A stretch of 31,191 bases of DNA, taken from Polyangiaceae bacterium (GTDB lineage: Bacteria > Myxococcota_A > Polyangia > Polyangiales > Polyangiaceae). The notes beneath the pieces are model-generated. The model was not told where the DNA came from. It made no database searches and worked only from the letters and a program-made list of their open reading frames with translations. The DNA lies in NCBI GenBank assembly GCA_044222475.1, contig JBGANF010000097.1, forward strand, positions 1-31,191, in the 5' to 3' direction. Of the stretch, positions 25,887 through 31,191 are shown one piece after another. The stretch's first letter is position 1. The number at the start of each line of letters is the position of its first letter. A program made the position numbers and the translations under genes.

Positions 25887-25926
25887 AATGCGATGAGTTC
25901 ACGGAGTTCAGTCCGGCGTCCCGGAA

Positions 25927-26676
25927 TCAGCTCTCGTTCCAGAGCACTTCGAGGTAACGCGCCGCGACCGGCGCTCCGAAGGCGCGCGCGAGGTAGGTTC
26001 CCGCGCGGCCGTTGGCTCGCGCCGTGTCGCGCACGGTGCGCAGGGTCGCGAGGTTGGCGAACGCGTCGTCCGAGGCGGGCGCCGAGTCGAGCCCTTCGAG
26101 GTACCGCTCGACGTAGCGCACGAGCGCATGAGCGACGACGCTTCCTCGGCCGGGACGCGCGGCGAGCTGTGCTCCGCAACCGCCGCTCAGACCTTCGATC
26201 CACGTGGGGACCGGCCGACGGGTGACCGCGCTCGCCACCGCCGCGTCCAGGGTGTGGGCCAGCGGCGTGCGGAAGTTCGTGCCGAAGGACTTCTTCGTGA
26301 TCGCGGGGCCGCACACGTCGAGGTAGGCGCGGACCGCGCCGGTCGGGATCACGCGAAGATCGACGACCAACATCGGGGCCTCGATCTCGGGCTTCGGATG
26401 GATCGTCACGACGATGCTCGTGAAGAACGGCGCGGCGCGCACGTGGGACATGGTCGCGCGGGCGATGCGCTCGCTCTCGTAGACCTTGGTCGCCATCGCC
26501 GCGTCGGGGAACGAGCGCTGCACGAACAGCACGTCGGGCGAGGTCGGCTGCGACGTGGCGCCGTGGCGCGCGAAGATGCCGTCGAGCTCGATGGACGTCT
26601 GCCGCAGATCGACCCGCGCGAGGCGGGCGGGGTAGGCGAGCAGGGGCGCGAGGGGGCTGCTGGAGCCGCGGGACAT
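25927..26676 (-). CDS. Probable ferredoxin-dependent bilin reductase / RCC-reductase-fold protein (divergent)
   Basis: 249 aa; HPKPEIEAPMLVVDL and C-terminal YLARAFGAPVAARYLEVLW resemble recalled PcyA/PebAB/RCCR motifs. The CDS is well supported; the family call is inference. Confidence 0.6.
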   Translation of the reverse strand: MSRGSSSPLAPLLAYPARLARVDLRQTSIELDGIFARHGATSQPTSPDVLFVQRSFPDAAMATKVYESERIARATMSHVRAAPFFTSIVVTIHPKPEIEAPMLVVDLRVIPTGAVRAYLDVCGPAITKKSFGTNFRTPLAHTLDAAVASAVTRRPVPTWIEGLSGGCGAQLAARPGRGSVVAHALVRYVERYLEGLDSAPASDDAFANLATLRTVRDTARANGRAGTYLARAFGAPVAARYLEVLWNES

Positions 26677-26738
26677 GGGGAGCGGCGGGGCTTTTACCTC
26701 GCCGTTCCCGGGAGCGCCAACTCAATCGAATGGGTGGT

Positions 26739-27419
26739 ATGGACGATGTCGTGGCAACGGCCGAGCCCGAGCGCTTCCCTGCGAGACTCTTGTCGCGTCG
26801 CGACGCGGGCGGAGGCCTATCCTGGGTGAGCTTGTTGCCCTCGCCGAAGGCCGCCGCGACGTACCGATCGCCAGGGCAATACGTCGACGTGAGGATCGGG
26901 GACGCGACCGGGTTCTTCGCGCTGGCGAGCCGCGAGGGCGCCGGACAGTGGGACTTGCTGCTGCGGCCGCAACCTGGCGCATCACAGGCGCTGTGCACGC
27001 TCCCGCCGGGTGCTCACGTGATGGTGTCGGCCGCTCTGGGAGCGGGCTTCCCGTTCGACGCGGCGAACGAGCGATCGCTCGCGATCGTCGTCACCGCGGG
27101 TGCGCTCGCGCCGGCGCTGCCCACGCTCGAGCGGAGGCTGCGCGAGGGGATGGCCGAGCGAACGACGCTGCTCGTGGGGACCCACTCGCTCGCGGGCGTG
27201 CCGGCCATGGCCGAGCTGGAGGAGATCCGGGGACGCGGTGGGAGAGTGAAGCTCGTGCTCTCCGAAGAGATTGCGCCGCCGCACGCGCATGGGTTCGTTC
27301 AGGATCTTCTGGGTGACGTCCGGCCCGAGATCGTCTTCGCGGCGGGCATGCCGGCGATGATGGACGCGGTGCGCGAGTGGGGAAAGCGGCACGACGTGGA
27401 AGTGAAGTCGAACCACTGA
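26739..27419 (+). CDS. FNR-family FAD/NAD(P)-binding oxidoreductase
   Basis: YRSPGQYV, FFALAS, ALGAGFP, VTAGALAP (degenerate GxGxxP), GFVQD, AAGMPAMMDAV; alternative start at 26730. Confidence 0.85.
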   Translation: MDDVVATAEPERFPARLLSRRDAGGGLSWVSLLPSPKAAATYRSPGQYVDVRIGDATGFFALASREGAGQWDLLLRPQPGASQALCTLPPGAHVMVSAALGAGFPFDAANERSLAIVVTAGALAPALPTLERRLREGMAERTTLLVGTHSLAGVPAMAELEEIRGRGGRVKLVLSEEIAPPHAHGFVQDLLGDVRPEIVFAAGMPAMMDAVREWGKRHDVEVKSNH

Positions 27420-27440
27420 AGCGCCCTGAAGGCTCTCCCA

Positions 27441-27587
27441 CGTGAACGTGAACGTGCCCGTGCCCGTGCACGATCGACATCGCTGACAACTCGCGATCTT
27501 CGATCACGGGCCACGTGAAGCGTGGCGGGACGGCCCGGGCGGATCTGGCAGCGTCGTTTTTCGGGCACGGGCACGTTCACGTTCACG
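27441..27587. repeat. Inverted repeat of hexamer arrays
   Basis: cgtgaacgtgaacgtgcccgtgcccg (27441-27466) and its perfect reverse complement (27562-27587), with a 95-nt spacer. Confidence 0.85.
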
Positions 27588-27650
27588 GGGTTGCAGCCAT
27601 TGCATCGCGACGATGGACTTTCTGCCGCGCCCGCATACCCTCGATCGAGA

Positions 27651-29405
27651 ATGAACCTACCCCCGTCCGGAGCACGCGGAGGAAAGGAAGAGCTGCGCGC
27701 AGCGCTGCTCAAGACCTACCTCCTCCGTCTTCGCGCCGAGAAGGGGGAGCGCGGCGCCCGGGCCGCTCTCTCGGCCGCCGGCATCGATCCGGGCGTCGCC
27801 GACAACGAGACCGCGTGGGTCAGCGCAGCGAAAGCGCGTCGTGCGTTGCGCGCGCTCGCGAAGGAGCTCGGCGGCGAGGATGCGCTCCGCCACCGCGGCG
27901 CGTGGGTCACTCACGCCGAGTCCCTCGGCACGATGGTGCGCATGCTTCGCAGCGCTCGCCGTCCGCTCGATGCCTACCGATACCTCGCGGCGAACGCGCG
28001 CGAGTCGACGCGCGTCGGCACGTGGGAGGCCTCCGAGCCCGACGGCAAGGACGCCTCGTACGTGAAGATGACGTACCGATTGGTCCCCGACTCGAGCGAC
28101 GATCGCGAGGGCGACGACGGCACCGGCGAGCGCCTGATGTGCGCCGCACGGATCGGCGAGCTCGCCGGCTATCCGCGCCTCTGGGGCCTACCCGACGCCG
28201 AGGTCGTCCACCGCACGTGCCTCGCGCACGGCGGCGATTCGTGCGTCTACGAGGTCCGCTGGACGCAGCCAGGGAAGAGCCTCGCCGCCGTGATCGGCGC
28301 GATCGTCGCCGGCCTCTCGTTCGGTGTCGCGGTCACGCTCGCCGGTGGTCCGATCGTCGGCGCGTGCGCGGCGATCCTCGCGGCCATCCTCGGTGGCGGC
28401 GCTGGCTTCCTGTGGGATCGATCGAAGCAAGAGGCGTTCGTCCGCGCGTTCGAGCGTCACCGGATCGCCGCGCTCGAGCGAGGGCTCGCGTTGCGCGGTG
28501 ACGCAGGCTCGCCCGGTCAGAGCAGCGCCGCGGGTGAGCTCGCGGGGACGGTGCTCGGCGGCAAGTACCGCATCGGCCGGAAGATCGGCGCCGGCGGCAT
28601 CGGCGCGGTGTACGCAGCCGAGCACACCACGCTCGGGCACGAGGTCGCGGTCAAGGTCCTGCGCGGCGCGGCCGCGAAGGACGGAAGCGAGATCGCCCGC
28701 CTTCGCCGCGAGGCGCACATCCAGACGCACGTCGAGCACCCGAACATCGCGCGCGTGTTGGACCTCGACCAGATGCCCGACGGATCGATCTACGTCGTCA
28801 TGGAGCGCCTGCACGGTCGATCCCTCGCCGACAAGATGGGGCGCGAGCTCATCGCGCCGGGGTTCGCGCTGCCGTGCTTCATCGGCGTGTGTCGCGCGCT
28901 CGAGGCGGCTCATCAGAAGGGCGTCGTTCACCGCGACCTGAAACCGGGCAACGTCTTCCTCTGCGAAGACGGCACCGCGAAGGTCCTCGACTTCGGGATG
29001 AGCAAGGTCACCACCGGCGAAGCGCTCACCCAAGCGGGCTACACGCTGGGCACACCGGAGTACATGGCGCCGGAGCAGTGCATCGGCGGAGCGGTGGAGT
29101 CGCGCACCGATCTCTACGCGCTCGGCGTGCTCATGTACGAAGCGCTGACCGGCGCGCTGCCGATCCATTCGCAGAACCGTCGTGAGCTCCTCGACCTGCA
29201 CCAGCGGCAGATCCCGAAGTCGATGCGCACCCGTCGTCCCGACCTGCCGATCCCCGAGGAGCTCGATCGCATCGTCATGCAGTGCCTCGCGAAGCGACCG
29301 AACGATCGCCCGGCGAGCGCACGCGAAGTCGAGCTCGCGCTCGCAGCGATCCCGCTGGAAGGCCTGCCCACGAGCTACCCGCCGTCGGTGAAGCGGTCTG
29401 CCTGA
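27651..29405 (+). CDS. Ser/Thr kinase with N-terminal V4R/H-NOX-like sensor domain and TM hairpin
   Basis: LMC...HRTCLAHGGDSCVYEVRW; two hydrophobic helices; GAGGIGAV, AVK, HRDLKPGN, DFG, GTPEYMAPE. Confidence 0.92.
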   Translation: MNLPPSGARGGKEELRAALLKTYLLRLRAEKGERGARAALSAAGIDPGVADNETAWVSAAKARRALRALAKELGGEDALRHRGAWVTHAESLGTMVRMLRSARRPLDAYRYLAANARESTRVGTWEASEPDGKDASYVKMTYRLVPDSSDDREGDDGTGERLMCAARIGELAGYPRLWGLPDAEVVHRTCLAHGGDSCVYEVRWTQPGKSLAAVIGAIVAGLSFGVAVTLAGGPIVGACAAILAAILGGGAGFLWDRSKQEAFVRAFERHRIAALERGLALRGDAGSPGQSSAAGELAGTVLGGKYRIGRKIGAGGIGAVYAAEHTTLGHEVAVKVLRGAAAKDGSEIARLRREAHIQTHVEHPNIARVLDLDQMPDGSIYVVMERLHGRSLADKMGRELIAPGFALPCFIGVCRALEAAHQKGVVHRDLKPGNVFLCEDGTAKVLDFGMSKVTTGEALTQAGYTLGTPEYMAPEQCIGGAVESRTDLYALGVLMYEALTGALPIHSQNRRELLDLHQRQIPKSMRTRRPDLPIPEELDRIVMQCLAKRPNDRPASAREVELALAAIPLEGLPTSYPPSVKRSA

Positions 29406-29444
29406 TTCGTCAGGCTCGCGGTACCTCTCTTCAGAGGTGCTTCC

Positions 29445-29858
29445 ATGCGTGCGTTCAGCCTCCTCTTTCTTCTGGTCGCCGCTTGCGGCGGAGCGACCAC
29501 CACCGATCTCTTCGCCGATGGGGGCCCGATCGACGGCTCCACCGGAAAGTCCGACGCGAGGACCGACGGCGGAGGGGGTGCAAACTGCACCGATCTCCTC
29601 GCCAAGGTCGACGACCTTCGGAAGAAGGCCGTCGTCTGCAACCCGCAGTCGGGGAGCACTCAGTGCGACAAGCAGGTCGAAGACCTCTGTTGTCCGCTCA
29701 CCGTGACGGGCGGCGATCGCAAGGAGGTCGCCGACTTCATCGCGGCGGTGAAGGCCGCGAAGGCCGCGGGCTGCACGGTCGTGTGTCCCGGAACGCCGTG
29801 CTCCGGGCAAGCGACGGACAAGTGCGACTCGAACGGGAGCTGCCGCCAGTTCAACTGA
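29445..29858 (+). CDS. Small Cys-rich lipoprotein
   Basis: GAGG RBS; LVAAC lipobox; about 10 further Cys. Confidence 0.8.
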   Translation: MRAFSLLFLLVAACGGATTTDLFADGGPIDGSTGKSDARTDGGGGANCTDLLAKVDDLRKKAVVCNPQSGSTQCDKQVEDLCCPLTVTGGDRKEVADFIAAVKAAKAAGCTVVCPGTPCSGQATDKCDSNGSCRQFN

Positions 29859-29859
29859 C

Positions 29860-30747
29860 TCAGAGCCCGTACTTCGTCTTCAGGTACCCTTCGAGCTTCG
29901 AGACGTCCTGGGGCGCGACGCTGCCCTTGACCATCACGACCTCGGACACGTCACCCGTGAGTCCCTGACCGCCGGTCGGGCCGTCGCCGAGCATCAGGCT
30001 CCGTCCGACCGCGCTGAGGTCGACGCCGAACGGCGCGCCGCTCGCGGTGGCCGCGCTCGCGCCTCCGAGCCGGAGATCCACGGCGGTGCCGGTGCGAGTG
30101 ACGACCATCAAGAGCGGCTGGTTCGCGTTGAAGCCGGTCGTCGGCGTCTTCACCTGACCGTCGCCGGTGCGCGCTTGAAACATGATGACGCTGCTCCCGA
30201 GCGCGTCGTTGCCGATGAGCGCGGGTCCGGCGAACGGGCCGGTGGCGTTCTGCTTCGTGAGGACGAAGCCGTAGCCAACCCCGGCGTCGACGGCGGTCGT
30301 ATGGCGACCCACGACCGCGAGCGCGAAGTCACCCGTACCGAGCTGGAGCGACGTCGCGTCCGCGATCTCGAGCCGCGTGCCTTGGAAGTGGATGGACGGG
30401 TGGCCGCCGAGGGAGCTCCCTGGCCTCGGGGCGAAGCCCGCGCCGGACGGAACCGCGTCGTTTCCGTTGCCCGATTGGTCCTTCCACGACGTGATGCGCG
30501 CGCTGAATCCGCCGTCCGGGATCTCGGCGGTGACGCCGACCTCCGAGTCGAGCCACAGTACCAAGTTGGGAAGCGTCTTCGGCGACCAGGGGCCGGCGTC
30601 GGCGTCTGCGGCGTCGAGGCTGGCGTCGTTGCCGACGTCGTTCGCGACGTCCTGCGTGGTCGTGTCGGTCGTTGCGTCGATCGGCACGTTGGGCGTGTCC
30701 GACGAGCACGCGACGAGGAAACCGCAAGCCAGAGCGAACGATCTCAT
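29860..30747 (-). CDS. Lipoprotein with LamG/concanavalin A-like domain
   Basis: LVAC lipobox; LVLWLDS, WKDQSGNGN, SLQLGTGDF, GDVSEVVMV, LEGYLKTKYGL. Confidence 0.85.
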   Translation of the reverse strand: MRSFALACGFLVACSSDTPNVPIDATTDTTTQDVANDVGNDASLDAADADAGPWSPKTLPNLVLWLDSEVGVTAEIPDGGFSARITSWKDQSGNGNDAVPSGAGFAPRPGSSLGGHPSIHFQGTRLEIADATSLQLGTGDFALAVVGRHTTAVDAGVGYGFVLTKQNATGPFAGPALIGNDALGSSVIMFQARTGDGQVKTPTTGFNANQPLLMVVTRTGTAVDLRLGGASAATASGAPFGVDLSAVGRSLMLGDGPTGGQGLTGDVSEVVMVKGSVAPQDVSKLEGYLKTKYGL

Positions 30748-30812
30748 GGCGTGATCGGTAATCACTCGATGCGCGCCGTCAAACGACGCGCGTCATGCAA
30801 ATCCTGCGCAGG

Positions 30813-31031
30813 TCACCCGCAGCTGAAATCGGCCTCGAGCCCGACGAGCTCGCGCACGTCGCTGCACTCGAGGTCGGTCTCGCGCGCCAACACGCGGGCC
30901 GCGTCTCGCAAGAGATCGTCGCGCGCGTCTTCCGCGACCGCATACGCCGAGCGGAGTGCGTCGCGCGTCCCTTCGGGAACCAGATCGCCGTGGAGCAGGA
31001 GGGGAGCAAAGGACAGCCGCGACTCTTTCAT
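30813..31031 (-). CDS. Small hypothetical protein (72 aa)
   Basis: Helical, protein-like sequence; TTGACA upstream at 31066-31061; divergent from the HxlR-like gene. Confidence 0.65.
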   Translation of the reverse strand: MKESRLSFAPLLLHGDLVPEGTRDALRSAYAVAEDARDDLLRDAARVLARETDLECSDVRELVGLEADFSCG

Positions 31032-31069
31032 GGGCCACAAGGTGCGGCGGGGGTTTCTTCTGTCAAGCT

Positions 31070-31086
31070 ACTTTCTTTTGGAAAGT
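31070..31086. promoter_or_regulatory. Palindrome ACTTTC-N5-GAAAGT, probable operator
   Basis: AT-rich palindrome between divergent genes, about 20 nt before the regulator start. Confidence 0.55.
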
Positions 31087-31107
31087 GAGTGCATACTCTT
31101 CTTTGCA

Positions 31108-31191
31108 ATGGCTCGCGGCGTCGATTCCCAGTGCAAAGCGTTCCAGCAGGCGATCGCCGTGCTGTCGCGGCCGTGGAATGCGCTGCTGCTC
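31108..31191 (+). CDS. Probable HxlR-family winged-helix regulator (5' part, truncated by window end)
   Basis: MARGVDSQCKAFQQAIAVLSRPWNALLL fits the HxlR N-terminal pattern C..f..A...l...W...il; only 28 aa visible. Confidence 0.65.
   Translation, partial: MARGVDSQCKAFQQAIAVLSRPWNALLL

Overview
High-GC, gene-dense chromosomal window. The CdnL homolog, AgmX/PglI-type lipoprotein, two Hanks-type Ser/Thr kinases and many Cys- or DAG-rich lipoproteins suggest a myxobacterium (Myxococcota, probably Polyangiales); this is inferred from gene content only. I can support about 38 CDSs. I found no rRNA, tRNA, CRISPR array or transposase. Best candidates for undescribed biology: (1) a DUF692/MNIO + DUF2063 RiPP operon (13913-15871) whose unannotated precursor is a 77-aa lipoprotein with three K[SG]SCN repeats, divergent from a TrmB regulator; (2) a protein with ferredoxin-dependent bilin reductase/RCCR-like motifs, head-to-head with an FNR-family flavoreductase (25927-27419); (3) a nosZ-less module of ABC ATPase, Cys/His-motif membrane protein and NosL-like lipoprotein, divergent from a probable sigma54 operon of two LNPQPLPP lipoproteins and an Fnr-type regulator. 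Non-coding signals include a perfect FNR box near the cdnL promoter, a PhaR-like palindrome before a phasin-like gene, and three long intergenic inverted-repeat elements. All family assignments come from motif recognition by eye and recalled consensus sequences; no database searches were run.
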